A DNA stretch of 64,000 nt from an uncultured bacterium. GTDB lineage: Bacteria; Verrucomicrobiota; Verrucomicrobiia; Verrucomicrobiales; V1-33. Positions 46,463 through 56,896 of this stretch are shown here, piece after piece. Under the pieces are notes generated by a model, which worked only from the letters and a program-made list of their open reading frames with translations, did not search any database and was not told where the DNA came from. The DNA lies in the NCBI GenBank assembly GCA_903954065.1, contig CAJBME010000240.1, forward strand, positions 8,732 to 72,731. The letters are read 5' to 3'. Position 1 is the stretch's first letter; the number at the start of each line of letters is the position of its first letter. A program made the translations under genes and the position numbers.

Positions 46463-46750
46463 TTAGTGGGCGAGAACCTCGACGAGGCGCCACCGCTTGA
46501 GTTTGCTCAAAGGACGGGTCTCCATGATGCGGACACGCTGTCCTTCCTTGGCTTCGCCCTTTTCATCATGCGCATAGAACTTAGTCGTGCGTTTGATGAT
46601 CTTTTTAAATTGTGGGTGAGGCACGCGGCGGACGACTTCGACCACGATGGTCTTGTCCATTTTGGCGGACACGACTTGACCGACGCGGGTCTTGCGCAGA
46701 CCGCGCTCGACGGCGGCGGTTTCAGTGGGGGCGGTGACAGGATCGCTCAT
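46463..46750 (-). CDS. rpsQ: 30S ribosomal protein S17
   Basis: [45 protein letters not shown]. Confidence 0.95.
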   Translation of the reverse strand: MSDPVTAPTETAAVERGLRKTRVGQVVSAKMDKTIVVEVVRRVPHPQFKKIIKRTTKFYAHDEKGEAKEGQRVRIMETRPLSKLKRWRLVEVLAH

Positions 46751-46774
46751 GACGAAAATTAATGTATGCGTTGA

Positions 46775-46978
46775 TTACTGAGCCGCGAGTCCGAGGCGAT
46801 GCTGGCTGAGCAGCGTTTGGGTACGGGCGATGGCCCGGCGCACCGAGGTGATGCGGGCGGGATTTTCGAGCTGGCCACTGGCCTTCTGGATGCGCAGGGT
46901 CATCATTTCCTGGCGCAACTCGACCTCACGGCGGACGAGTTCCTCGACTGAAAGTGGCTTAAGTTCCTTGATCTTCAT
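46775..46978 (-). CDS. rpmC: 50S ribosomal protein L29
   Basis: MKIKELKPLSVEELVRREVELRQEMMTLRIQKASGQLENP. Confidence 0.93.
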   Translation of the reverse strand: MKIKELKPLSVEELVRREVELRQEMMTLRIQKASGQLENPARITSVRRAIARTQTLLSQHRLGLAAQ

Positions 46979-47002
46979 CTGAGTAATATGGGGGGTGACG
47001 GC

Positions 47003-47419
47003 TTAATGAGCGTCGCGAGCGAGGAAACGGCAACGCAGTCCAAGCTTGGCCGAAGCAAGGCGGAACGCCTCTTTGGCCACCGACTCGGTTGCACCGCCAA
47101 TTTCGAAGAGAACCAAACCTGGACGAACCACCGCCACCCAGAATTCAGGAGCCCCTTTACCCTTACCCATCCGGGTTTCAGGCGGGCGCTTGGTGATCGG
47201 TTTGTGAGGGAAAATCCGAATCCAGACTTTTCCCTTCCGTTTAAGGGCGCGATTGATGGCCACACGACAGGCTTCAATCTGTTGGCTGGTGATCCACGCC
47301 CGACCCAGCGACTGCAGGCCGTACTCACCAAAGTCAACCTTGGTGCCACGAGATGCGTTGCCAGCGCGGCTGCCGCGGTGGGATTTGCGAAATTTTGTTC
47401 TGCTTGGAATCAGTGCCAT
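47003..47419 (-). CDS. rplP: 50S ribosomal protein L16
   Basis: [36 protein letters not shown]. Confidence 0.96.
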   Translation of the reverse strand: MALIPSRTKFRKSHRGSRAGNASRGTKVDFGEYGLQSLGRAWITSQQIEACRVAINRALKRKGKVWIRIFPHKPITKRPPETRMGKGKGAPEFWVAVVRPGLVLFEIGGATESVAKEAFRLASAKLGLRCRFLARDAH

Positions 47420-47451
47420 ATGCCTGGAAAGAAAGTATGTGAGTCAGTCGA

Positions 47452-48168
47452 TTAAGCGCGAACTTCAGGATTTTCGCGTGGGGTACGGGGACGGGCTTCG
47501 CGCGGTTCGCGTGTTTCACGCTTTTGAACGTTGCTTGAATCGTCCTCTTCTTTCTTCGTGAGCCAGCATTTGACACCAATGATGCCGTAAACTGTGCGCG
47601 CCTCGGAAAAGCCGTAATCAATATTGCACCGCAATGTTTGCAAAGGAACTTTACCTTCACGATATTGCTCGGTACGCGCGATCTCAGCACCGCCAAGACG
47701 GCCAGCACAACGAACTCGGATCCCTTCGGCCCCGAAATCCATAGCGGTCTGAACAGCCCGCTTCATCGCCCGCCGGAAAGCAATACGCCGCTCCAACTGG
47801 AGTGCGATGTTCTCTGAGATAAGCTGCGCGTCAAGCTCGGGTTGCTTGATTTCGTAAATGTCGATTTTGACCTGCTTGCCACCACAAAGAGCGGAAATAT
47901 CGGCATTAAAACGCTCAATTTCGGCGCCTTTTTTACCGATGACCAGTCCTGGACGGGCGGTAAAAAGAGTCACTCGTACGCTGTTCCACGCACGCTCGAT
48001 CAAAATCTTAGAAACCGCCGCAAAGGACAGCTGCTTTTTCAGATACGCACGAATGCGGTGATCGCTGTAAAGATTGTCCGCGAATTCCTGTTTCGTGGCA
48101 AACCACTTCGAACGCCAGTCTTTAGTGACGGCGAGTCGATAACCGATTGGATTGACTTTTTGGCCCAT
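47452..48168 (-). CDS. rpsC: 30S ribosomal protein S3
   Basis: [24 protein letters not shown]...[12 protein letters not shown]. Confidence 0.96.
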   Translation of the reverse strand: MGQKVNPIGYRLAVTKDWRSKWFATKQEFADNLYSDHRIRAYLKKQLSFAAVSKILIERAWNSVRVTLFTARPGLVIGKKGAEIERFNADISALCGGKQVKIDIYEIKQPELDAQLISENIALQLERRIAFRRAMKRAVQTAMDFGAEGIRVRCAGRLGGAEIARTEQYREGKVPLQTLRCNIDYGFSEARTVYGIIGVKCWLTKKEEDDSSNVQKRETREPREARPRTPRENPEVRA

Positions 48169-48203
48169 GATGAAGGTGCGAGTACGGTGTAAGGCGGAAT
48201 TGA

Positions 48204-48587
48204 CTAGGCGGCTGGTTTACGACCGGCGCCCTTCTGCTTTGGCTGAGGAAGTGGGATCTCGTCGGAGAGGACGATAGTGATATGACTGCTGCGGCGTTTA
48301 ATCGCGGAAGCAGAGCCCTTAGCGCGCTGGGTAATGCGGGCGAGGTGGCGGGCTTCAGTGACGATGGCGCTTTTGACGACCAGACTGTTGGGAGCCAGTC
48401 CATTGTTGTGCTCCGCATTGGCCACGGCGCTTTTTAGCGTTTTACCGATCAATGTTGCGGCTTTTTTCGGCACGAAATTAAGCAGGTCCAGAGCGCGCGA
48501 GGCGGACAGACCTTGAATTTCGCGAGCGACTTCCCGCGCCTTGAGGGGCGAGATGCGCTGCTGACGGGCGATGGCTCGGACTTCCAT
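48204..48587 (-). CDS. rplV: 50S ribosomal protein L22
   Basis: [26 protein letters not shown]...[19 protein letters not shown]. Confidence 0.95.
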   Translation of the reverse strand: MEVRAIARQQRISPLKAREVAREIQGLSASRALDLLNFVPKKAATLIGKTLKSAVANAEHNNGLAPNSLVVKSAIVTEARHLARITQRAKGSASAIKRRSSHITIVLSDEIPLPQPKQKGAGRKPAA

Positions 48588-48622
48588 GATTGATTCGGGT
48601 TCGAAGGGGGCGGTGAAATGGC

Positions 48623-49399
48623 CTAGTTTGACTCTGAGAGCAAGCGAAGAGTGTCACCAACCTGAGGAAACTCCTCTCCTTCCAGGGCGGTGACGACACT
48701 TCCACTTAAACTGTTGCGTACTTCCACCACGACGGCGGAAGCGAGGGGGCGATCGTTACGATAAATTCTAAGAGGCGTCCCGGGTTTGAGACCGGCACGC
48801 TGACCCGCATTGATGAGAAGCAAACGTTGCTCGGGTTTAATACTGACGATGCGGCTGGACTCAATTCGCGAGGAGGCGGCGACCGGCTCGACAGAAGAAT
48901 CCGCATCAGCGAGAGCTGTGGCCGCGATTAAAGCAGATTCTAAGGCTTCGCGAACCGCTGGAACTTCAACCGCACCCGGCTGAAGCACCGCTTGAGCGCA
49001 TTCGATCAGTTGATGAAGACTTTCTTGAGCGGCTGCCTCACTGGCCCGCGTCAGACGCAAATCGTTGATGGCATCAAGCAAGCGACTTTCCAAAACGGCT
49101 GTAGTGGCAGGCGCACCGGTCAGTTCGGCTCGCTGGCGAAGTTGCAAGGCCTCCTCCCGAGCGGCCGAAGCCTCGGCGCTCAGAATACCAACCTTGACCG
49201 CCATCGCATTGTTGGCAGCTGTCTCAGCGTGGTACCGATCTTGCAAGACCTTGTTTTGCGCCAGAGCGGCCTTGAGTGCCGTTCGGCATTCTATGGCATC
49301 AAACTGAGCGTCCTGGGCCTGAGCACCGTACACACCCACGCTGCTGACCGCCAGAGAGGCAGACAAAAGCAATGAGGATGATGACAGTGACAAGACCAT
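48623..49399 (-). CDS. signal-peptide-bearing coiled-coil protein of unknown function, embedded in the S10 operon
   Basis: ATG at 49399 (MVLSLSSSSLLLSASLAVSSVGVYGAQAQD...), 259 codons. It starts 19 nt after the rpsS stop and ends 35 nt before the rplV start, on the same strand. The track's 348-aa version (to 49669) overlaps rpsS out of frame and is not credible upstream of 49399. Confidence 0.7.
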   Translation of the reverse strand: MVLSLSSSSLLLSASLAVSSVGVYGAQAQDAQFDAIECRTALKAALAQNKVLQDRYHAETAANNAMAVKVGILSAEASAAREEALQLRQRAELTGAPATTAVLESRLLDAINDLRLTRASEAAAQESLHQLIECAQAVLQPGAVEVPAVREALESALIAATALADADSSVEPVAASSRIESSRIVSIKPEQRLLLINAGQRAGLKPGTPLRIYRNDRPLASAVVVEVRNSLSGSVVTALEGEEFPQVGDTLRLLSESN

Positions 49400-49418
49400 G
49401 GAAAAAGGAAAAAGAGAA

Positions 49419-49697
49419 CTACTTGCTGACCTTGGCTGTGTGATTGCCGTGGCTGATGAACTTGCGAGTCGGGCTGAATTCACCGAGGCGGTGACCGACC
49501 ATGTTTTCCGTGACGTAGACCGTGGGGAAGTCTTTGCCGTTGTGCACGAGAAAGGTGTGACCGACGAAGTCAGGCGTGACCATGCTGGCACGGGACCAGG
49601 TTTTGATCGGTTTTTTCTGATTGGCCGAATTGAGCTTGTCGATTTTGACCAGCAATTTCTGCTGAACAAAAGGGCCTTTTTTGAGTGAGCGTCCCAT
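49419..49697 (-). CDS. rpsS: 30S ribosomal protein S19
   Basis: [23 protein letters not shown]...[28 protein letters not shown]. Confidence 0.96.
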   Translation of the reverse strand: MGRSLKKGPFVQQKLLVKIDKLNSANQKKPIKTWSRASMVTPDFVGHTFLVHNGKDFPTVYVTENMVGHRLGEFSPTRKFISHGNHTAKVSK

Positions 49698-49730
49698 AGG
49701 ATGGAGAAGTGATGCGGTGACCGTGAGGGG

Positions 49731-50561
49731 TTACTTTTTGCGACGCTGAACGATCAGCTTGTTGGTCGCCTTTTTAGGATTGCGTGTCTTCTGCCCCTTG
49801 GCATGGCCCCATGGGCTCTTCAAGTGCTGACGACCACCGCCGGATTTCGATTTACCCTCACCACCACCGTTCGGGTGGTCGACTGGGTTCATACACATCC
49901 CGCGAACCGTCGGGCGGATGCCCATCCAGCGACTGCGACCGGCCTTACCGGAGATGACATTCATGTGATCCACATTGCCGACTTGGCCGATCGTGGCCAG
50001 ACACCGAGCATGCAGACGACGAATTTCGCCAGAAGGCATCTTCAAGAGTGCATAATCACCTTCGCGGTTGCTCAAAACAGCGGCCTGACCGGCAGCGCGA
50101 GCGATTTTGCCGCCGCGACCTGGTTCCAATTCGATGTTATGAACCTGCAAGCCCAGAGGGATCGCGCTGAGAGGCAAAGCATTGCCGACTTCAGGCGCAG
50201 CCTTGGGCCCGGCTTGGACCGTGGCACCGACAACCAGACCAGCAGGGGCCAAGATATAGCTCTTGGCGCCATCTGGGTACTGAATCAAAGCAATGCGGGC
50301 CGAACGATTCGGATCATACTCCACGGCGATGACCTTAGCGCTGTCGGTACGGGAACGCTTGAAGTCAACCATGCGGTACTTCCGCTTATGCCCACCACCA
50401 ATGTGACGGCACGTGATGCGACCGGAGTGATTGCGACCGCCGCTCTTCTTCAGCGTGAAGACAAGCGATTTCTCTGGCTTCGACTTCGTCACTTCCTCGA
50501 AAGTCGGAAGTGCCTTGAATCGGCAAGATGGTGTGAGTGGGCGAAAAGTCTTGAGAGCCAT
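49731..50561 (-). CDS. rplB: 50S ribosomal protein L2
   Basis: [15 protein letters not shown]...[22 protein letters not shown]...[13 protein letters not shown]. Confidence 0.97.
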   Translation of the reverse strand: MALKTFRPLTPSCRFKALPTFEEVTKSKPEKSLVFTLKKSGGRNHSGRITCRHIGGGHKRKYRMVDFKRSRTDSAKVIAVEYDPNRSARIALIQYPDGAKSYILAPAGLVVGATVQAGPKAAPEVGNALPLSAIPLGLQVHNIELEPGRGGKIARAAGQAAVLSNREGDYALLKMPSGEIRRLHARCLATIGQVGNVDHMNVISGKAGRSRWMGIRPTVRGMCMNPVDHPNGGGEGKSKSGGGRQHLKSPWGHAKGQKTRNPKKATNKLIVQRRKK

Positions 50562-50602
50562 GAGGTTATCTCCTAGAAAAGAAAAAAATGGACGGGATGA
50601 AC

Positions 50603-50887
50603 TTACGTGAGATCGATTTTCTCGCCTGGAGCCAGCTTGACGATGGCCTTTTTCCAGTCAGCGGTGAAGCCAGCCTGCGGAGTGCGTTTACGGCGGGCTT
50701 TGCCAGCGTAGTTGAGCGTGTTGACCGCGACCACTTTCAGGCCGAAACCAGCTTCCACCGCCTGCGCGATTTCCTGCTTGGTCGACTTTGGATGGACCTC
50801 GAACACGTAGCTGTTGTTGTTCTCGACCAGAAGGGTAGCCTTCTCGCTGAGACGAATGGTCTTAATGACGTGCGACAGGTTTTGCAT
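50603..50887 (-). CDS. rplW: 50S ribosomal protein L23
   Basis: [14 protein letters not shown]...[19 protein letters not shown], and position between rplD and rplB. Confidence 0.93.
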   Translation of the reverse strand: MQNLSHVIKTIRLSEKATLLVENNNSYVFEVHPKSTKQEIAQAVEAGFGLKVVAVNTLNYAGKARRKRTPQAGFTADWKKAIVKLAPGEKIDLT

Positions 50888-50890
50888 GGC

Positions 50891-51502
50891 TTAGGCGGCG
50901 GTCCGTTGGGCGAGCACTGGAAGCGCATCGCTGGTGAGAATGATTTTCCGGTAGTTGACGAGCTGCTCCACGTTGACATCGGAAGCCGTAGTCAATTGGG
51001 TGGCACCGTGATTGCGGGCGGAAAGATATGTTTTTTCGTCGAACTGACCGGCGATGATCAGGACTTTGGAAGCATCGGTGGTGGCACCGAGGAGCTTGAT
51101 AAAGCTGCTGGTCTTGCCGTCGGCAACGGTGAACTCAGTGACGTGTATCACATCTCCGGCTTGGATCCGCGAACTGAGCACGGCGCGCAGGGCGAGCTGC
51201 TTGACCTTCTTATTTACCTTTTTGGAATAATCGCGAGGTTTTGGGCCGAAAATGACCGCACCACCACACCAAATCGGGCTGTTCGGGGTACCGGCACGAG
51301 CGCGGCCAGTGCCTTTCTGACGCCAAGGCTTTTTATCGGGCTTATGCAGCTCGCTGCGGGTCTTAGTATTTGCCGAGCCGGAACGGCGATTGGCACGCAT
51401 AGCGGTCACAGTATCGTGAACTGCCTGCGACGCCTTCTTAGGCTGATCGAGAACAGTCAACTGTGCCGAACGAGCGGCTTCGAGAGTGAGAACAGTGGCC
51501 AT
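50891..51502 (-). CDS. rplD: 50S ribosomal protein L4
   Basis: KKPWRQKGTGRARAGTPNSPIWCGGAVIFGPKPRDY. Confidence 0.95.
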   Translation of the reverse strand: MATVLTLEAARSAQLTVLDQPKKASQAVHDTVTAMRANRRSGSANTKTRSELHKPDKKPWRQKGTGRARAGTPNSPIWCGGAVIFGPKPRDYSKKVNKKVKQLALRAVLSSRIQAGDVIHVTEFTVADGKTSSFIKLLGATTDASKVLIIAGQFDEKTYLSARNHGATQLTTASDVNVEQLVNYRKIILTSDALPVLAQRTAA

Positions 51503-51549
51503 CAGAGTGTCCAGGGTAAAAGGGAAACAGGGAAACAGGTTTCGGGAGG

Positions 51550-52197
51550 TTACGCGGCAGGAGCCGACTTCTTCTTCGCCGGGCGAATGACAACGAGGTC
51601 ACCCTTGGCACCGGGGAAACTTCCGCGGATCAAGATCACATTGTCAGCCGTCCGGGCTTCCACAATTTGCAAGTTTTGAGTGGTGCGACGCACTTGACCC
51701 ATGTGACCTGGCATTTTCTGGTTTTTCCAGACCCGGCCCGGAGTCAATCGGCAACCAATCGATCCAGTCCGGCGGTGCATCATAGAACCGTGGGAAGCAG
51801 GCTGTCCGGCAAATCCATAGCGCTTAACTACCCCCTGAAAACCCCGGCCCTTGCTGACGCCAATGACGTCGACAAATTGACCTTTTTGGAACAGATCTGC
51901 CGTCAAGGAAGTTCCTTCTGCAGGAGCCTCCACGCCGTCAGCGAGCCGGAACTCACGAGCATGCCGTTTGAGGGGCGTCCCGTGTTTCGTATAATGGCCC
52001 TGTTCCTGTTTTGTCAGGTGTTTGGCTTTGCCGTTCTGAAAGCCAACCTGGACGGCGCGATAGCCATCAATGTCGGCAGTCTTCACCTGCACCACGTCGT
52101 TATCACTCACATCAACCACGGTGACGGCCACAGCCTCGCCTTGATCGGTGTAAATGCGGGTCATCCCCAGTTTTTTTCCAAGCAGTCCCAAGCTCAT
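51550..52197 (-). CDS. rplC: 50S ribosomal protein L3
   Basis: MSLGLLGKKLGMTRIYTDQGEAVAVTVV...GKGFQGVVKRYGF-like segment SKGRGFQGVVKRYGFAGQPASHG. Confidence 0.96.
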   Translation of the reverse strand: MSLGLLGKKLGMTRIYTDQGEAVAVTVVDVSDNDVVQVKTADIDGYRAVQVGFQNGKAKHLTKQEQGHYTKHGTPLKRHAREFRLADGVEAPAEGTSLTADLFQKGQFVDVIGVSKGRGFQGVVKRYGFAGQPASHGSMMHRRTGSIGCRLTPGRVWKNQKMPGHMGQVRRTTQNLQIVEARTADNVILIRGSFPGAKGDLVVIRPAKKKSAPAA

Positions 52198-52237
52198 GTC
52201 GTGCGTCCTCGTTTAAGGGTGGGTTCGGTGCGAAAGG

Positions 52238-52546
52238 TCAGATTTTGATCGTGATGTCGACACCGGCGGGGAGATTGAGCTTTTTGAGCTCATCGACCGT
52301 GTTCATCGTAGGATTGACAATATCCAAGAGGCGCTTGTGAGTGCGCAACTCGAACTGGTCCATAGACTTTTTGTCAACGTGGGGAGAACGGTTGACGGTG
52401 AATTTTTCAATGCGCGTCGGCAGCGGGATGGGGCCGGCCACCAAGGCGCCGGTGCGCTTGGCGGTATCCACGATCTCGACGACTGATTTGTCGAGCACGC
52501 GGCAGTCAAAGGCGCGAAGCCGGATGCGAATGCGTTGCGATTCCAT
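52238..52546 (-). CDS. rpsJ: 30S ribosomal protein S10
   Basis: [41 protein letters not shown]. Confidence 0.97.
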   Translation of the reverse strand: MESQRIRIRLRAFDCRVLDKSVVEIVDTAKRTGALVAGPIPLPTRIEKFTVNRSPHVDKKSMDQFELRTHKRLLDIVNPTMNTVDELKKLNLPAGVDITIKI

Positions 52547-52581
52547 GATGAAGAGTGGTAAAGGGGTGCGGTCAGCTGAAG

Positions 52582-54741
52582 TTATTCCTTGTCTTTTTTG
52601 CCGCCGCGGGATTCGACAATTTGCTCCACAATGTTGCGTGGAACTTCTTCGAATTTAGCGGGTTCCATGGTGTAGGAAGCGCGGCCGGATGACAGCGTGC
52701 GGATGGCTGTCGAGTAACCGAACATTTCAGCCAGCGGAACTTCCGCCTTGATGATGGCCAAACCATTTTTGCTGTCGATGCCGTTGATGCGTCCACGACG
52801 ACGGTTCAAGTCGCCCATGATGTCGCCCTGGTTTGTCTCCGGGGTGACCGCTTCCACGGCCATGATTGGCTCCAACAAAATGCACTTGGCCTTCTTCAAC
52901 GCGTCTTTCAGCGCGAAAATGCCGGCCATCTTGAAGGCGTTTTCGTTGGAATCGACGTCATGGTAGCTGCCGTCGTAAATTTCAACATGCAAGTCAACCA
53001 CTGGATAACCTGCGATGATGCCGTTCAGTACCGCTTCTTTCACGCCGTTGATAGCTGGCTGGATGAATTCCTTTGGAATCGTACCGCCGACAACTTTGCT
53101 TTCCACCGTGATGCCCTTGCCTTTCTCGACAGTGGCGATGCGCAGAACAACGTGTCCGTACTGACCGCGACCACCCGATTGTTTGACCAACTTGCCTTCA
53201 CCTTCCGCGTTTTGCGTGATAGTTTCACGGTAGGCGATCTGAGGTTTACCGGCGTCGGTTTCCACCTTGTGCTCGCGGAGCATACGATCCCGGAGAATTT
53301 CGAGGTGGAGCTCACCCATCCCAGCAATAATCGTCTGGCCAGTTTCTTCGTCCGTAAAGACGCGGAAGGTTGGGTCCTCCTCCGAAAGACGCTGCAGAGC
53401 ACCTGACATTTTTTCTTGGTCGCCCTTGGTCCGTGGCTCGATAGCCATGCTGATGACCGGATCCGGGAATGATGGTGGCTCGAGCAAGACTTCGTTGCCA
53501 TCCGCCGTCAGCGTGTCACCGGTGGTCACATTGCGCAGACCGACAATGGCCGCGATGTCACCCGCATAACACGTTTCAATATCCGTGTGGACGTTGGCTT
53601 GGATCTGAATGATCCGTCCAATCCGGTCGGTTTTCCGAGTCCTTGGATTGTAAACCGTGTCACCCTTCGAAAGCATGCCGGAATAAACACGGAAGAAAGT
53701 CAGGCGACCGAATTTATCGGACCAGAGTTTGAAAGCGAGACCCACAAACTTGTCATGATCGTTAACCGGAACGAGCACCGTCTCTTCTGGATTGTCCGCA
53801 TTGACACCCTTGGCTGGAAGAATGTCGAGCGGGCTCGGAAGATAATCGACCACAGCATCGAGCAGATACTGGACGCCCTTGTTCTTGAAGGCGGAACCAC
53901 CGACAATCGGGACAATTTTGTTACCAATCGTGGCCCGGCGCAAAGCTGCCTTCACATCAGGAACGGAAATCGGCTTTTCTTCGAGGAACATCGTGCCGAT
54001 TTCATCATCCACGTCACACAAGGCACCGACCAGGCCATCATACGCTTCGTCGGCAATGGCGCGCTGCTCAGGCGTCAAATCAACTACGTCGTAGGTCGAA
54101 CCAAACTTGTCGTTATCAGAATAAACGACCGCTTTCTTCGCGATGACGTCGATCTGTCCTTTCAGCTGATCTTCGGCGCCGATCGGGATGAGGATCGGCC
54201 AACCATTGGCGCGAAGTTTGTTGCGCACGTCATCGACGACGTTTTGGAAATTTGCACCAGTGCGGTCCATTTTGTTGACGAACGCAATGCGAGGAACTCC
54301 GTACTTGTTGGCTTGGCGCCAGACGGTTTCCGACTGCGGCTGGACGCCGGCGACACCACAAAAAACGGCAACCGCACCATCGAGAACTCGGAGCGAGCGC
54401 TCCACCTCAGCGGTGAAATCGACGTGACCCGGGGTATCGATGACGTTGACCCGCATTTCGATTCCTTCGAATCCTTTAAACACCCCGTCATTGGGCAGCT
54501 GTTTCCACTTGGTGGTAACGGCGGCCGACGTGATGGTAATACCGCGTTCTTTTTCTTGTTCCATCCAGTCCGTGGTGGCGGCACCGTCGTGGACTTCACC
54601 GATACGGTGGACCATTCCGGTGTAGAACAGAATTCGCTCGGTCAGCGTCGTTTTGCCGGCGTCGATGTGCGCGGCAATACCGATGTTGCGTGTCCGCTCA
54701 AGCGGATACTGGCGATGAGGACTGTTGGGATTGGCCGACAT
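52582..54741 (-). CDS. fusA: translation elongation factor G
   Basis: [38 protein letters not shown]. 719 aa. Located between rpsG and rpsJ. Confidence 0.97.
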   Translation of the reverse strand: MSANPNSPHRQYPLERTRNIGIAAHIDAGKTTLTERILFYTGMVHRIGEVHDGAATTDWMEQEKERGITITSAAVTTKWKQLPNDGVFKGFEGIEMRVNVIDTPGHVDFTAEVERSLRVLDGAVAVFCGVAGVQPQSETVWRQANKYGVPRIAFVNKMDRTGANFQNVVDDVRNKLRANGWPILIPIGAEDQLKGQIDVIAKKAVVYSDNDKFGSTYDVVDLTPEQRAIADEAYDGLVGALCDVDDEIGTMFLEEKPISVPDVKAALRRATIGNKIVPIVGGSAFKNKGVQYLLDAVVDYLPSPLDILPAKGVNADNPEETVLVPVNDHDKFVGLAFKLWSDKFGRLTFFRVYSGMLSKGDTVYNPRTRKTDRIGRIIQIQANVHTDIETCYAGDIAAIVGLRNVTTGDTLTADGNEVLLEPPSFPDPVISMAIEPRTKGDQEKMSGALQRLSEEDPTFRVFTDEETGQTIIAGMGELHLEILRDRMLREHKVETDAGKPQIAYRETITQNAEGEGKLVKQSGGRGQYGHVVLRIATVEKGKGITVESKVVGGTIPKEFIQPAINGVKEAVLNGIIAGYPVVDLHVEIYDGSYHDVDSNENAFKMAGIFALKDALKKAKCILLEPIMAVEAVTPETNQGDIMGDLNRRRGRINGIDSKNGLAIIKAEVPLAEMFGYSTAIRTLSSGRASYTMEPAKFEEVPRNIVEQIVESRGGKKDKE

Positions 54742-54804
54742 GAAACGTGAAACTAAAAGTGACGAAAAAGGTGGAGACGCAGGAAAGAGTGGACCAAGCG
54801 TGGA

Positions 54805-55278
54805 CTACCAACGGAAGTGAGCAAACGCGCGGTTGGCTTGAGCCATCTTGTGCACGTCATCGCGTTTGCGGATGGCGCTGCCTTGACCGGTGGCGGCGTC
54901 GCGAATTTCGTTGGCCAGAGCCGACCACATCGGAGTGCCTTTGCGATTACGGGCGTAATTGATAAGCCAGCGCATGGCGAGTGATTCAGAGCGGTCAGCC
55001 GACAATTCGAGCGGCACCTGATAGGTGGCGCCACCGACCCGGCGGGATTTCACTTCGAGACGGGGCTTGGCGTTTTCCACAGCGCGGTTGAAGATTTCCA
55101 ACGGATCAACGGAGCTGGAGCTTTCGTTGACCTTGTCGATCGCGGCGTAGACGATGCGCTCGGCTGTGGATTTCTTGCCACCGCTCATCATTTTGGCGAC
55201 GAAACGGGCGACGAGCGGCGAATCATAGCGTGAATCGCGGTAGTCGGGCTTGTGATAGACGCGTTTGCGGCGGGCCAT
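54805..55278 (-). CDS. rpsG: 30S ribosomal protein S7
   Basis: MARRKRVYHKPDYRDSRYDSPLVARFVAKMMSGGKKSTAERIVY. Confidence 0.96.
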   Translation of the reverse strand: MARRKRVYHKPDYRDSRYDSPLVARFVAKMMSGGKKSTAERIVYAAIDKVNESSSSVDPLEIFNRAVENAKPRLEVKSRRVGGATYQVPLELSADRSESLAMRWLINYARNRKGTPMWSALANEIRDAATGQGSAIRKRDDVHKMAQANRAFAHFRW

Positions 55279-55338
55279 GGTGAGTGAAAGTGAAAGGTAA
55301 AATTGAGTGTGGACTAGACCAGTAAGATGACGGGGCGG

Positions 55339-55746
55339 TTACTTCTTGCCCTTCGTGGCGGCGGCAGGGGCCCCGGGTTTCGGCCGTTTGGCGCCGTATT
55401 TGGAGCGGCTGACGCGGCGTTTATCAACTCCGAGACAGTCAAGGGCGCCGCGTACCACGTGGTAGCGAACCCCTGGAAGATCCTTTACACGACCACCGCG
55501 GACGAGCACGATGGAGTGTTCCTGAAGATTGTGACCTTCACCACCGATGTAGGCGATGACTTCGTATCCATTGGTAAGGCGGACTTTGCACACCTTCCGC
55601 AAAGCCGAGTTAGGCTTCTTGGGCGTACGCGTCATCACCTGAAGGCAAACGCCACGGCGAGCCGGGCAGTTCTCCATCGCCGGAGACTTCGATTTCACGC
55701 GGGCCGGGGTACGACCTTTGCGGACAAGCTGTTGAATGGTTGGCAT
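55339..55746 (-). CDS. rpsL: 30S ribosomal protein S12
   Basis: Start moved to [12 protein letters not shown] (ATG at 55746). ...[23 protein letters not shown]... Confidence 0.96.
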   Translation of the reverse strand: MPTIQQLVRKGRTPARVKSKSPAMENCPARRGVCLQVMTRTPKKPNSALRKVCKVRLTNGYEVIAYIGGEGHNLQEHSIVLVRGGRVKDLPGVRYHVVRGALDCLGVDKRRVSRSKYGAKRPKPGAPAAATKGKK

Positions 55747-55818
55747 GACGATCGGACGGAAATGCGATTCCGAAGTGGGCTGGGCGGTCTTCCCTGTTAT
55801 TCTCCCCTCTTGCAACAC

Positions 55819-55903
55819 TTATCGGGACCGCGTTCGCGCCGTCTCCAACCGGAGACAACTCTACTGTGAACGTGCGCTTCTTTTCCGGAGCGCGTCCCGA
55901 TAA
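55819..55903 (-). promoter_or_regulatory. nested inverted repeats in the putative rpsL (str operon) leader
   Basis: Outer arms ttatcgggac (55819-55828) and gtcccgataa (55894-55903). Inner hairpin gtctcc-aacc-ggagac (55841-55856). Located 73-157 nt upstream of the rpsL ATG. Confidence 0.3.
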
Positions 55904-56057
55904 ATCCTGTGAGCAGCACTGACCCAGCACTGCCAAGAAGGAGGGGCGACTATTATCCCAGACGTTTCATTCGCAAGTGATTTTTACGACTTTCTTCTTT
56001 GGCCTCGCCGAAACTTTCCAGATAGACCCCCGAGCTGATCTCGCCTAGGCCATCCCC

Positions 56058-56864
56058 ATGCGATTTTACGTACCTAAAGACCGGTGGGCCGCAGACGCCA
56101 CCGAAATCACCCTCGACCCAGGCGAGTCTCATCACGTCGCCTCCGTCCTTCGCGGCGCCGTCGGGGACAGCGTCCAGATCATTGACGGTCAAGGGAGAAC
56201 CGCCATAGGCGAAATTAGCAGCCTCCACAAAAAAGAAACTCGCGTGCGCCTCGGCCCCATCCGTTTCTTGCCTCCACCCCCAGCCAGACTGGTCCTCGCG
56301 GTCGCCGTACCCAAAGGCTCCACGATGGACTGGATCATTGAAAAAGCAGTCGAACTCGGCGCCACCGAGATTGTGCCGCTGCTCACGCAACGCACCGTCG
56401 TCCGCCTCAACGCCAGCGACCGGCCCGAACGGCAGCGCAAATGGCAACGCATCGCGGTCGAAGCCTGTAAACAATGCGGACAACCTTGGTTACCATGGGT
56501 CCGCACCCCTCGAACGCTTCCGGAGGCACTGCTCATCGCTCCCCCGCCCTCGTTCGCACTCCCCCTGCTCGCCAGTCTGGAATCGCCCGTCAAGCCGCTC
56601 TCCGCGCTGTGGCCTCCCTCTCCGCCCGTTCCGACGCCCACCCCGGAAGCAGCCTCGATGGATGCCGTCGTCTGGATTGGGCCCGAGGGTGATTTCACCC
56701 CCGAAGAATACGCCCAGCTCCGCGACGCTGGCCTCTGGCCGGTCTCCCTCGGCCCGCTCACCCTGCGCGTCGAGACCGCCGCCTTTGTCTGCTTGAGCGT
56801 CCTGCGGCACGAGCAAGGCCGGTCGCGCGAGGAAGCCGCACGATCCGCGCGCGATTCTCTTTGA
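56058..56864 (+). CDS. rsmE: 16S rRNA (uracil1498-N3)-methyltransferase RsmE
   Basis: MRFYVP...LDPGESHHVASVLR...PKGSTMDWIIEKAVELGATEIVPL...VVWIGPEGDFTPEE. Confidence 0.9.
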   Translation: MRFYVPKDRWAADATEITLDPGESHHVASVLRGAVGDSVQIIDGQGRTAIGEISSLHKKETRVRLGPIRFLPPPPARLVLAVAVPKGSTMDWIIEKAVELGATEIVPLLTQRTVVRLNASDRPERQRKWQRIAVEACKQCGQPWLPWVRTPRTLPEALLIAPPPSFALPLLASLESPVKPLSALWPPSPPVPTPTPEAASMDAVVWIGPEGDFTPEEYAQLRDAGLWPVSLGPLTLRVETAAFVCLSVLRHEQGRSREEAARSARDSL

Positions 56865-56896
56865 AAAGCGCGGCAGGCCGCGTTGGCTGCAGGCTT

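Noticed and set aside
49400-49669. Upstream 90 codons of the 348-aa track ORF 48623..49669
   Set aside because: This part overlaps rpsS out of frame and has Ser/Thr/Arg-rich junk composition. The credible gene starts at the internal ATG at 49399, where a signal-peptide-like sequence begins.
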